Source: Azolla caroliniana
Lineage: Eukaryota > Plantae > Polypodiophyta
DNA: 64,000 bases
Assembly: GCA_043228905.1 (NCBI GenBank)
Contig: JBHGNT010000152.1
Location: 1-64,000 of the forward strand
Direction of reading: 5' to 3'
Below the pieces are notes generated by a model. The model was not told where the DNA came from. It searched no databases and saw only the letters and a list, made by a program, of their open reading frames with translations. Position numbers and translations under genes: made by a program. Position 1 is the first letter of the stretch, and every line of letters begins with the position of its first letter. Positions 40,384 to 53,551 of this stretch are shown here, piece by piece.

Positions 40384-41391
40384 GAGAGTATTGCCGTCCC
40401 TTCCGTTTCGAAGAATTGTTCCTTATTCTCAACGCCGGCCGGCCGCATACGTACTGGCCGCGTTGAACTAAGGTTTGTTCTGACTAGTTGCCTTCGCGGC
40501 TCGGCCAGGTTTCTGGCATTCCTCCCTCGCTACTATGCGACCTCTGAGACCGCGCATCGTTTACTAGACAATGCGAAGCGGTTACTTCCCGTGGTTGCTC
40601 TCTTTTCGTGTCTTTGCCTTTCGAGGACGGAGTAAGCGCTACGCACTTCCCTGCTTCGCCCCGTCAGAGCACCCAATGGTTACAGGTCTTTGCGCACCTG
40701 CTCGATTGTTTAAGTCAGTTCCTATGCTGGAATTACTTGTGGCTGGCTGTCCGGCAACCTTGACCGCTTCATGTGGAAGTCAAGGCTTTCGCCCAAACTG
40801 GGCCCTGGATTACTCCGCCACACACATACTGACGTATTCTGTTCGGGATACGTAGCCCTTACTCAGGCAGTAGGTACGTACCAAGTGAGTCAATCTAACC
40901 TTTCTCGCATCAGCTGAGAGACACCACCGAGGAGGGCTAAGCCGTCCTTCCTTCGGGGACCGGGGAAACCGCTTTGCCCGGCTTCGCCCCTTTCCGACTA
41001 ACTGCTCGCGAACTCGATGGATTATTAGCCCAAGATGTTGTATTGGCCCGCCGTATATACTTCCAAGTCAAACATCTATGTTGGTTGTAGAAGGGTATTC
41101 TTCCGGAAAGAAAACGAGCCTCGCACGGCGCACCGTAGATGTAATTACCAGAACCATTACAGAAAGAAAGAAATTAGCACTTGGAGGTGGAATAGGTTCT
41201 TTTAAAATTGATTTCAAACCATCCGCTAAGAGTTATAACAACCCAGATGATCCCACCACATTAAGACCCTTTCAACGTTACATGGAAGCCATGACTTTAC
41301 GTTCGACTGACACTGGAAAGACTACTCCTGGTAAAAGTAATATGATGATTCCAAAGATTTTAGCTAGGAGACGAAGGATATACGGCTTCGT
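36566..41391 (-). CDS. nad1: nad1, complete repeat copy (exons 41134-41391, 40133-40268, 38283-38616, 36566-36824)
   Basis: Mirror of 7564-12389, including the three group II introns. Confidence 0.92.
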
Positions 41392-41898
41392 TTCGTCAAC
41401 TAAGATAGGTTTCAAGAAAATGCCTTCAAAGCAGCATTAGAGGGACTTGCGTTGGCTTTCTTTGCCAACACAAGGTCTGTTCTTGATATTTATGGCAGTT
41501 CTTTCTTTCGTTGGCCGTTAGCGGCGGAAAAAAGTAGTCAATGAAATAATGTCACTTGATAGGCCTCTGACAACGACGTTGCCGACAACCAACCTCTTGA
41601 GAAAGGTAGTAAGGATCAAGGTGTGGATGATGTTATTGATGTTGCGACCCAGACCGACATGGATGGTATTGATGTAGGAGTTCAGACGGATATCTTATTA
41701 TACCAGCAGGTGCAACTACTCAATTTATTGAATTCTTACCGGGCCGTAAAGAGCAGCTCGGCATTGAGGGAAAGCAGGAACCCACCCCACGAGTTTCCTT
41801 GAACAGTCTGCAGGAATTGACAGAAAATCTTGTAGATAGAATGGCCGCCTTGACTTCCGAGGCTCGATGAAACGGGCTGGCTGCTATGAAACTGCCCA

Positions 41899-41971
41899 AC
41901 CTACTTAACTCAGGGGTTAGAGTATCGCTTTCATACGGCGAAAGTCATTGGTTCGAATCCAGTAGTAGGTA
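41899..41971 (+). tRNA. trnM-CAU: Plastid-type tRNA-Met(CAU), repeat copy
   Basis: Mirror of 6984-7056. Confidence 0.88.
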
Positions 41972-42669
41972 ACTTGATTTTTCATGCATGGTTTCACTAA
42001 CCAAGTACCGAGTTCCGTGTTTTCCAGCTTGCATTCGTCGTGAGCCAGAGCCAGTCCTTTGTCGATGGAAGACTCGCGGATGAAGCGGTTCATTGCTGCT
42101 GCTTTCGTTCCGATACAAATTAGATAGACCGAGCACTATACATGCCGCTATTGCTTCTATGAAATAAAGTAAATGGGGGGAAGGTCGACCCGCTTTCTAC
42201 CAGGCGTGCGGAAAGCGATGAAAACCTAACTAAACTAAAGGTCCAATTTTCTGGCTGCCTTATGGTTGAAGCAATGTTCGGTGGCCCGGCGACTAGTGGA
42301 TGTGGGACGTGTAACTATCCGATTCTGAAACGAACGCCGATGGTCTCATTGACCCAATTTACCGAGAGAGAATTCCGCTAACCATCGTAAGGTGATTAGG
42401 TCTGCTGGTTTTCATCGGGGCGGTCCTATGAGATGATTAGAGTGTATCTCATCACATTCCAGATCTATCAAATAATCGATTGTAAAAGAGTAATGGATAC
42501 GGAGAGTTTGACTCATTGAGAGTAGGGCGCAGAAAGTCAAGTCTTGCGATACTTCTCAAGCCAGCCCTTCGTGGTGCCTGACGGAATTGTCTAAAGCTGT
42601 TCTCGGCTCTGGTAACAGAGTTCGCTCCGAAGCTGTCTTGGCTTTTTTTTTGGCCCTCACCGCCTCATG

Positions 42670-42872
42670 AAGACGAATGAATGGGCCGCATAGATATTCT
42701 TCTGCTAATCTTCTCGAAAGCGGCGCAGTAGTAGCATCTAGGTGTGCAAATGGTTGTAGCGGGGGCTAGGTCAGTCAGATCATCCGCAGGTGCGCTTGAA
42801 TGGAAGTTATTGATCTGGAATTCTTTCCTATAGAGACCTGGCCGGCCGGGAAGAACCAGTTGATAACCCACG

Positions 42873-42905
<33 letters not shown>

Positions 42906-43090
42906 ACGGCCGAAGAAGCGGTTTTCATCGGCATTCTACCTGCCAAAAAGAAAGCAGAGACTTCTGATTCCGCGATTTTGGGCGAAGCGGAAGATGTTGT
43001 CAATGAATAAAGGTACAGCTTGCTCGTTGACATCTCGGAAATATTCTGCCATTGTTGGGGCTAGGTTGAGCCAACTCTCATACGAGCTCT
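42670..43090 (-). pseudogene. atpB: Plastid atpB fragment, repeat copy
   Basis: Mirror of 5865-6285. Confidence 0.85.
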
Positions 43091-43223
43091 TCAACAGAGC
43101 TAGTCCGAAAAATTGATAAACGTTAAGAACAACCCTCTTTCATGCATGTTGGAACAAAACCCTTCAATTCATCACGGCTTACAGTCTACCGGAATAACCT
43201 GCCATTATTCTATCGATTTCCTA

Positions 43224-43780
43224 ATGGATGAAGACATGACTGCATGAGATGTTCCAAGTTTCTCCGCCGCATGAACCGCCCCGCCGCTGAGGATTCTCAT
43301 CAGAATCGTATTACTGCTTCCCAGAGAAGAACAGGTTTAACTGATGCTGTTCAAACAGGTATAGAATATTTCAATGGGGTATAGTATAGCGCTTGGTGTC
43401 ATGGACTTTTAATTCATGGGAGGTAGTATGGGTTCCGTTTTAGGTAAGAAGATCACTCGCTTAATTGAATATGCCACGGATAAGTCTTTGCTAATAATCA
43501 TTGTCTGTGCTTTCGAAGGGGCACGTATGCAAGAAGGGACGTTGAGCCTAATGCAAATGGCCGAGATTTCCGCCGCGCCGGCCGTCAAGCCGTTCTACAG
43601 ATCCATCAAGTTCAGAGAAGATTATTCTATATATCAGTTCCCACCTATCTAACTACGAGTGGTGCTACTGCTAGTTTTGGTATGTTAGGGACATAATTAT
43701 CGCTGAGTCCGAGGCATACATAGCATCTGCTGGGAAAAGGGTAATTGAATAAACGTTACGTCAAAAGATATCGGAAGCTT
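43224..43780 (+). pseudogene. accD: Plastid-derived accD fragment
   Basis: MDEDM..TGLTDAVQTG..ALGVMDF(Q)[48 protein letters not shown]; frameshifts. Confidence 0.88.
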
Positions 43781-43914
43781 ATCCTTCAGGGTAGGCGAAG
43801 CGTCATCCGTGCAGTCCCGGGGAAGTACTGGACCAATGGGATTTCTAAAGGACCAATCCTAGTACAGGGTGGTAGCGATTCCCATAGAGATCAATAAAAA
43901 TGAGTTTTCTTTTG

Positions 43915-44018
43915 CAAAGCAAAAAGCACTAAGGGTCATATGATCATCTTATTGAGAAGAAAAGCAAAAAGCACTAAGGGTTATATGACCATCTTATTGA
44001 GAAGAAAAGCAAAAAGCT
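43915..44018. repeat. About 44-bp tandem repeat (2.3 copies)
   Basis: aagcaaaaagcactaagggtYatatgaYcatcttattgagaagaa occurs twice. Confidence 0.8.
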
Positions 44019-45399
44019 ATAAATACAAGAAAAGAAGGGAATCTCACGAAACAGATTAGATAAAACATGGACATTATCAAAAAGTTTACAGAACGAACTG
44101 GAAAGAATACAGAACAAATTGGAAAGATTACAGCAGGCAGGCAGGCAGGCAGGCAGGCAGTTTGACGAAGACATTATCATAAACTTAGTTCGTTTACAGA
44201 ATGAATTGCACGAGGATTCATCATGGCGATTCTTCGAGAGAACGACGCGGAGCTGTTACCGTTCTTTTCCGTAAAAACTTTTCTTCTGTTCTTGTCATTT
44301 TCGATCCTATAATACTTCGGGGCAGGGTCCGCCCCCGAAATTTAGTTGTATCAACCTAACCTTCTGCGCTAAACTAAATTAGAGCAACGAAAGTTGGTTG
44401 CTTTAGGCGAGCAACCTTGCCTTATTCTCTATCGGAGCGGGTCTTCCCCCGACAGCAAGCAATTGTCCGTCGCATACATAAATGAATATCGATATTACCA
44501 CAAAATACAAAAAAGAAAAGAAGAATGCAATGAAATTGCTGATATTGTCCAAATAAAAAAAAGCACTAAGGCATATTTGGTTTGGTCATCTTTAGAGAAT
44601 AATTCAGCTGGCAGTAGCTGAACTTTACCTAGTTGGTTGCTTTAGGGGATTAATTCCCTTATTCTCTATCGGAGCGGGTCTTCCCCCGAGAGCAAATGTC
44701 CGCCCCCTTTCCCCTCCGAGATTATGAGAAATGTTTCCCTTGCAAATATCAAGAAATTGAGTTGGTCGGCTCCTCCCAGGGCGGGCGGGGTCCATCTCCA
44801 TCATCTGCAACACAAGAGAAGATCTCATATCTCTCTTCAACGGTGCTCCTGTCTCGTCTAAGGTAAGTCCTATAACCACCAAACCTTGTGCTCTCCCCTT
44901 CGCTATCACGTCTCTGTATCCTTTAGAGCGTATAGAATCCTCCAACATGTCACCAAACAAAATGTAGGTCAGGGGCTCTATAAAAATAGGATTGCTATCG
45001 CTGCCGCTTCTTCCTATAATAAGAGTTAGGGTGTACGTAAAGTTTAGGAAATGTCGGCTTAACGTTTTGCAAATTCAGAGGCGGCTCAAGTAACAAGAGT
45101 CAAAGAATGTATATGATACTAACCGTACATTTTTTTTGTTGGTGGCTCAGCGCGCGCTGTTAACCGCTTCATCCGCGATTGGTCTACGGTTCAAATCCTG
45201 CTTCCGCGGATGAAGCGGGGAGATTTACCCATTTCCGGAAGAAGCCGGCCGAAGAAAAGAAGCGGTTTTCATCATGCGGAAGCGGAAGCGGAAGCGGAAG
45301 CGGAAGCGGAAGCGGAAGAAGCGGTTGTCTTTCACTCATATGCCAAATCAAATCACGTTGGACTATAGCCCATCAATCAGTGAAGAATGAACTATCGTG

Positions 45400-45830
45400 C
45401 TTATTTCAAGCAAGCTCCAATAATTGATGAAAGAACCCATAGGTTGGTTTCCCGAGTCACGCATCGCAATATACTGGGCTTTCTAGTTCGGGGTTTAGCG
45501 ATTTGCAATGTAACTTTTTGGGAATTCGTTTTGGCGTGGGTTACTGGACATGCTAGTTTGATGTATCCCATTCGATATCTTCGAACCCGAGAGTCGGTAA
45601 ACTTGACTCCACAATGCTTACGAGAATTGGAATATTCTTCTTCATTATCGACAGATCGGTAGTTTCCGCCCCCGAATATTCTTTCACGAAATGAACCATC
45701 TTTCTCTGGTTTATGAGTCTTGTAATGCAACGTAGAAGGTTAATCAACTTGCCCAGGTCTCCATTCCATTAGGTAACTCTCTTTCGGCCCAACTGCGAAT
45801 CTGTTCAGGAGAGGACAGTCCATCGTAAAC
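45400..45830 (-). pseudogene. rpoC1: Plastid-derived rpoC1 5' fragment
   Basis: [58 protein letters not shown]. Confidence 0.85.
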
Positions 45831-45834
45831 AGCC

Positions 45835-46030
45835 ATCCTTGATTATTCACGATGATCTTTCTAAACAAGCCCAAGCTTATCGACAAATCTCTCTGTTACT
45901 AAGAAGACCATCTAGCAAGAAGCATATCCGGGAGATGTTTTTCATTTACATTCTTGTCTTTTGGAAAGAGCGGCTAAATCAAGTCTCCAATTAGGTGAAG
46001 GTAGTATGACGGCTCTATCCATTGTTGCGG
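45835..46030 (+). pseudogene. atpA: Plastid-derived atpA fragment
   Basis: [49 protein letters not shown] (plastid signature). Confidence 0.85.
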
Positions 46031-46897
46031 AAATGGAAGGGAAGAGAAAGCTTGTTCGCTTAAAGACTTCTATAAAGGGATATAAAGGGCGGGCAACCGA
46101 GACTTCTATTTACCCTTTTCTTAGCCTGACAAAACGCACTTCAGGAAAGGGGAATTGACCTTTCAAACCTCCCTTCCGCCGCGAAGGCGCTTTAGCGTAG
46201 TGACCTCCCTTCCTTCCCTCCAATAAATCCCTTTATAAATAGAAAAAGGTGGAATTTCATACTCTAATAGTAAGAATAAGTGTTCAGTAGGATCAAAACC
46301 ACGAGCAAAAAGAAAGCGCACAGAAGCCTTGAGAGGAAAGGAAAGGAAAGGAAAGGAAAGGAAAGGAAAGGAAAGGAAAGGAAAGGAAAGGCGGTATCCT
46401 TGAGTAAAGGCGGAGAGTAGGTGCGAGCATTGAAGCTCAGGTTGGAACAAGAACTGGTCTTATTCTTTGTCGTCTTTCGGAGTATAGAAAGTTCGCGAAA
46501 GAGAGCCAATCCCTGATTACGTGTTTATAAAGAAACGGGGTACCGTCGTGCGTGGGGAGAATGCCGCCCGCCCTTCCGCGACGCTTACGTCTCCAATTAA
46601 GATCCCGCGTGCGTACAGGGAAGGGAAGGGAAGGGAAGGGAAGGGAAATCTGAAAAACAAATATTACCCAAAAACCTATCCACAGGGGGCAGGCTGTCCA
46701 CCACACTTTACGCGAAATTTCCATAATTTGGTTTTGCGCTATTCTCGAGCCACTCGTCCGGAGCAGGTAGGCCACACCATTTGCTCAGGGTTGGTGCTAA
46801 GATCGGACAGATAGAGAGCTCTGTGGCTCTAGCTCAAAGAGGTTTCGGGTTTTAGTTGCATCTAGCGCATAATTGAGATTTGAACCTAATAATTCGC

Positions 46898-46971
46898 TGT
46901 TTAGGAGTGGATTTGAACCACTGACCCAAGGATTTTCAGTCCTTTGCTCTAACCAACTGAGCTACCTAAAC
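46898..46971 (-). tRNA. trnF-GAA: tRNA-Phe(GAA)
   Basis: GTTTAGGTAGCTCAGTTGGTTAGAGCAAAGGACTGAAAATCCTT...CCACTCCTAAACA. Confidence 0.92.
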
Positions 46972-47995
46972 CATGAGAGGAGTCACTACCAACTATTACT
47001 ACGTCGTCATTGCCCTCTTTGGTCAGAGAAGTAGCCAATTTCTTTTGCATCTCTTAGTGATTGGAGATCGTATGCGCTACGCAGGCCATCTTCAGTAATG
47101 TTTTTTGGTTGATTGAGGGCCGTCTGACTTTACCGTAGCCGATAAGTAGCGTTAATCGTCTTCATCGCGCTGATGAAGCAGCGGGTTCATCCACCACCTT
47201 GGTTCTTCCCCGCAAGCAACTTCCGCCGTATTATCCATAGCTGTTCATCAAGAAGGCCTAGAGTTAGTTTTCCGATAAGATTCAAGCTACAATTTCAAAC
47301 AGCACCTTTTCTTCATGAAGCGCAAGAAAACTGCACTGCGGAAGAAGAAGAAGCGGTAAAAAGTGTAATATAAATGGCTACCAAAGTTCTTCTTTTGAAC
47401 TTTCAAGAAGGCCTGAATATTCATGGATTATTATACGATAATCTTTAATGCGGCTCAGATTGCGGAAAGAATTGAATGCTGGAATTTCGAAATTCCGTTG
47501 GTAAAATTCAGAAGGATCATGCAAGAAGGCAATATCATCTTCTGGCCATAATCTGCGAATCCAGCAAAGCAAAGCAAAGCAGCACTTTTCTTTTCACTTT
47601 AAACCGAGCCGGCGGCAATCTTGATGAATCACTGGCAAGAAGATGCTTTGCACTTTTCTTTCCACTTTAAAGCAGCAATCTTTGAACTCGGAAATGGCAC
47701 TTTTCCCTGCAAGCCTGAAACGCACGCCTTCCCCAAAAGAAAAGCGGAACCACCTAACGAGTATTTTAAACAGCAAGCATGATGAACCGGCATGTTCATC
47801 AAACCAAACAGGTTCTTCATGCATGCATGAAGGCCTTCATGATGATGAAAACCGCTTCATTGGAATGTCACCGTCTCATTGACAACACGAATGATAACGA
47901 ATTGACAATATGAATAGTCACGTTAGTTTCCCATTCTTAAGCATGGATTATTATACAATAATCTTCATTTGCTTTTTTACTGTTGACAACATGTA

Positions 47996-48069
47996 GTGCG
48001 GGGGCAGGGTTTGAACCCGCAGTCTTCAGGTCATGAGCCTGACGAGTTGGCCATTTACTCCACCCCGCA
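47996..48069 (-). tRNA. trnfM-CAU: tRNA-fMet(CAU), second copy
   Basis: Copy of 17700-17773. Confidence 0.85.
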
Positions 48070-48441
48070 AGCAAGCAAGCAATTGATCTCTCTCTAGCGA
48101 ATCGGAATTTATTTTAGAAAAAAAGAAGCCAGAAAATAGATTGCCATAGCCATGGGTTCAAACCTTTCCCCGAAGCTGCCGGCCGAAATCAACCGTTGCC
48201 AGTCGTTGTGTCCAACGAAGCTACGCGTAATGACTGTCCCTACCAAAAGACAAACAAACAAAGCATTTCTATAGGAGGTAACTGGGCCAATTCCCGCAAA
48301 CCACCTATAGGTTAGGTGGCGGTGATCTATCGGCTTGTTCAATTCCCGCCGTTATCCGCTCACCCGCCTAACGCTCCTACAAACAAAAGGGAGGGTCTCC
48401 TTAGTAATTACGTGAGGGGGCCTCCTTCCCCATCTCTTGAA

Positions 48442-49628
<1,187 letters not shown>

Positions 49629-50523
49629 ATAGAGTCAAGCTTCTGCCGAGGAGAAGTGATCGTAGTTGTGCTCTCCGAACCGTGCGGAATAGTCGCCCAT
49701 TACACGGCTCTCTAACTTGACTTTATCTGGGTCTTGTTTAACCCCAGAGGCCGAAAGGAGGGTGGAAACTTCCTCACAAGTTCCCTCCTCCTTTCCTCCT
49801 TGGGGACCCACTTTGTGATTTCCTGAAGTCCACTCTCTCCTGGAGTTTGCAGAGAGGAAAATGGCTTTTCAGTTAAGTCAGGTAAAACTTGCTTGCCTTT
49901 TCGTTATTCTGTTTCGAACTCCGGGCATGACAAATGCATAGGCTCCTTCCCGTTTTCTACTTGGCATTCACCAAGTGCCGGTTCCGCCTTAGGAGGGTAG
50001 GCAGGTGGTATGGGCCCTCTGACTTCTTTCCGGGGCTTTCCTCCCGCCGAAGATCTCGCCGGTTTTACCTGCGGATGGTTGGGACCATAATAAGATAAGA
50101 GTTGAAAGGTCCCACTTTGCTTGGCTTGCCGGGATGTCGTTCAGTCTTCCGTCCCCAATAGAATAGATAGGTAATCCGCTCTCATGCTTGCTGTAAACTT
50201 TCGTTTACGGGCGGGAGAAGTGGCACTCAATCGGGCCTGACCATAATGTGCCTATAGCAGGCAGGGAGCATATCCGCGTCTATCTGGCAACACGTCGAAC
50301 GAACGAATAGGGCATGGTCACCCGAAAAAGACTCCGATTTGCTGCTTTCGGCCTCATCTTTCACCAAACTACCGGGCTGCACGATGATTTTCATTCGTCC
50401 GCTTTGCCTTCAATCGTGCTTTCTTTTGCGACATGCTATGGTCTCGGCCTCCCTTCGCGGGTTCTGGTTAGTCTCATGCCTGTATGCAACCTTTTTCGAC
50501 CGCAGATGATCTAACGGCCGCCC
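49629..50523 (-). other. Fern-type group II intron atp1i361g2
   Basis: 5' GGGCGGCCG; domain V GAGCCGTGTAATGGGCGACTATTCCGCACGGTTC; ends CTCTAT; phase 1 in DGKG/A. Confidence 0.88.
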
Positions 50524-50893
50524 CACCTTTTCCATCAATGAGTACTCCTAACGCATCAACTACACAACCCGGCATGGCCTTTCCTACAAGAACGTCCACA
50601 ATAGATCCAGTGCGCTTGACCATATCTCCTTCTTTAATGGCGGTATCACTACCGGATATAACAATTCCTACATTCTCATTCTCAGAATTCGAAGCCATTC
50701 CTTTCACACCGCTGGCGAATTCTACCATTTCTCCTGCTTGAATCTTGTTCGATCCATAAACACGTGCAATTCCATCCCCAACCGATACCACTCAACCGAT
50801 CTCATCCACTGGCAATTTGGTGTGATAGTTGGTAATTCTTTCTTCCGAGATAGTAGATGGTTATTCCGTTGCTCTAGCTTTAAACAATCTCGT
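50524..50893 (-). CDS. atp1: atp1 exon 1
   Basis: ACG start; EERITNY..VDEIG(R)[30 protein letters not shown]. Confidence 0.92.
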
Positions 50894-51540
50894 TCCCTTT
50901 CTCTTCCGTCGAATCCCTTTCCTCGGCACTTTATACCCAGGGCAGTCTCCTGCATTCATGGCAGTTCCTAGCAAGAAAGAGATGGGAAAGGGAAGTAACC
51001 TCACGACGAGGTGAACCATGTCATTGATATAGAGGGGAGGGATCGGACCTTCCCCCAGTGTTGGTTTGCATTATAAAGAAAGTAAGTTTTGACAGAATAG
51101 ACTGGGTGAATGAAGCGCTAAAGCCGTGTATCCGTAGCTATGCAGAGACGGAGAGAAATAGATATATACAACTGAAAGGTGAGGGACTACGCGGAGGGAG
51201 GGCATCCACATAGCTCTAAATCATAGGATCAAATTCCAGAGTGAGCCCCGCAGTGCAACTACCTTTCGCGGAGCCGACTCTTTCGATCGATTGGCAAAAA
51301 AAAATGGATATTTGTCGTATGGAGAAATTGGATGAACGAATAGACGAGTAAGGTATTAACTAAACTGCAATTATTCTAATTTGAGTCGACTTTTTCCATT
51401 CCATCTCCCCGCTTCGCTGCTCTATTCGGGTTTATTCCTTCGCCTTGCTCGAGCCAAGCCTTCCATGACCTGCTGGGCTGTAGGACCAATCCAAACCTTC
51501 TGACGTTGGTGAGTAGAGACAAATAGCTCTATGGTGGTAT

Positions 51541-51972
51541 TTAGACACGACGTTTTTTAGGGGGTCAGCATCCATTATGTAGCATTGGGATTACGTCGTG
51601 AATTCTGATAGTAACAGGACCTCCCTCTTTTGAACTTTTCGGCGAAAATCCCTTTCTTACAAGACCAATTCCTTTTATTTTCACTTCAACTGACCTAATT
51701 TCGGGTTAAGTGGCAGCTTACGCGACACGTTCCGCAGTTGCTTAAGCTGCATACTTGTCCGAGCGACGGAAACCCTTAAACCCTCTTGAACAACCTGAGG
51801 AGGACCCTGTTCTTTCATCTCCCTTGCAATTTATTATGATAATGAAAGTATTACTAAAAGTTGGTTAAGTATGGGCAATACCGTGGTGCTTTCTTGGCTT
51901 TTAGTGGTGTTTTCCCCATTTCTGTTAGCGGCGCGGCTACTATTACTAGTGTTCAGAAGGCTGCTTTTACAT
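51541..51972 (-). CDS. rps11: Ribosomal protein S11
   Basis: ATG-TAA-AAG (MQK); HGIAH..TFSNT..GFKG.RRS..YAA(Q)ATAE..HNGC(R)PPKKRRV-TAA; start tentative. Confidence 0.87.
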
Positions 51973-52070
51973 AATTGTATTCTTCATTTCTATTCCTTCG
52001 GTTTCGTTTTCTTCCTGGCGTCTTGCCTTCTCTCATTTTTGTGAATGAAAAACGAATTATTCTTCTTTCG

Positions 52071-52433
52071 TTGATTGATTGAAACTTTTCTTGACTTGCG
52101 ACAGATCTTAACATTGCTGTAGGTTCATTAACCACGTAATGGCAATCCTGCTTTGTGACGGAATCCGCGGTAACGGCTGATATTAATTAATCATTTGATA
52201 TATTACTAAATTTCTCTCTTTAATTCCGAATCAACTAGGAAATTGTTTCAACGTACTATTATGCTAATCTGGTCAATTTAGTGCCGAGTCAGATTACTAA
52301 CCTTAGTGTTATCGCCGGGACCTGATTAATCACAAACCCAAGTGGCTTTTTTGGGTCCAGTTCCGGAGATTTAGGTTGAGGCAAGTCTGACTTATTTATT
52401 GGAAACTGATTTGGTTCCTGGAATATATGACGC
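52071..52433 (-). CDS. rps13: Ribosomal protein S13
   Basis: GCG-SYI(L)GT..G(I)GPKKA..YRGFRHKAGLPLRG(QR)T; GCG start and CAA stop both need editing and are tentative. Confidence 0.87.
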
Positions 52434-52436
52434 GAT

Positions 52437-52736
52437 TTGTTTCTTTTCTCCTTGTTTTCTACGTATAATTTCATTTCAATATTTTATACCTCTTCCTTTA
52501 TGAACTTCAGGGGGTTTACAATTTTTGACGCTAACAGCGGATTAAGTAACTTTTCAGGGATCCGTTCCGGTACAACGAGTGATATTATGTTTCAAGCGGA
52601 AAACACAAACCGAAGGCGTGACCTAGAGTCAAATCTCATAGCTGAACCCTAGTTTTGAATCTGAAACAGAGCCTTATGGGTTAGTACTGACTTTGTATCC
52701 AATTGTTTACGAAGAACAAACGGATTAAGCTTCCGT
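52437..52736 (-). CDS. rpl6: Ribosomal protein L6
   Basis: ACG-EA..GYK.STNP(Q)GS..KLGFS..CKPPEV(Y)KGRGI.Y(R)NEI; CAA-to-UAA stop predicted. Confidence 0.9.
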
Positions 52737-53479
52737 AGACTTGACTTGATTTCGTTGTGGCTTCTTGTTCCGTTCTCGATATTCATGGCAGTTTTTTTGT
52801 TTGCGCTGGGATTACAGTATAATAATGAAAAGGTAGCTGCTTTCTTTGTCGACGCTTTGCGCTCAGCGGACGGAATGCGGGAAGACAGGTGCGTGCGTGC
52901 CGTGCCGTGCCGTGCCGTGCCGTGCCGTGCCGTGCCGCCGAAGGGGAGCAAGCTGCGAAACAGGGCGGGAAGCAGCCTAGTAGAGTAGTTGGATTGTTCA
53001 TGCACTCACATGAACCCATTACTCGAGATATTTCGAAAGTGACGCCCAAAACTGAAACTCCTTACCTAGCACCAGTAACAGTCAATCCGTAACATTGCAG
53101 GATAATAAGCTGGGACCCGGAGATTCGTCTTTGGGTCGTAAAGGCGGCCAAAGCCAGCCACTAAGCAACGCTCTTTCAATGCTTTACGTTCGTTTTCCGG
53201 GCGAAGTCTGGTCTGATCTTACGACCTTCTAAGCTAAGCGTTAGATTTTACTAGCCTCTGTTCGGTCTGTAAGGTCAACTTGTGCCTGTAGCTCGAGCAC
53301 CAAACTTCGAATCCGGGATAGTTCGAATCTCTCCGGGCATGGACCTATCGATGAGTCATCGAAGTCTCAAGTCAATAGTTCCAAGGGAACCGCAATGAAG
53401 TCTTCATTGCGGTTCTTCCCCCGAAAGCTATAGCGCTTTCTCTACGGGGGAAGAACCGCACTCGGCTCTGGTTCCGCTG

Positions 53480-53551
53480 GCGGAAATAGCTTAATGGTAG
53501 AGTATAGCCTTGCCAAGGCTGGAGTTGAGGGTTCGAGTCCCTTTTTCCGCT
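53480..53551 (+). tRNA. trnG-GCC: tRNA-Gly(GCC)
   Basis: GCGGAAATAGCTTAATGGTAGAGTATAGCCTTGCCAAGGCTGGAGTTGAGGGTTCGAGTCCCTTTTTCCGCT. Confidence 0.92.

Larger units (their letters stand above)
31568..43221. repeat. Large inverted repeat, copy B
   Basis: Reverse complement of 5734-17387. Confidence 0.95.
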
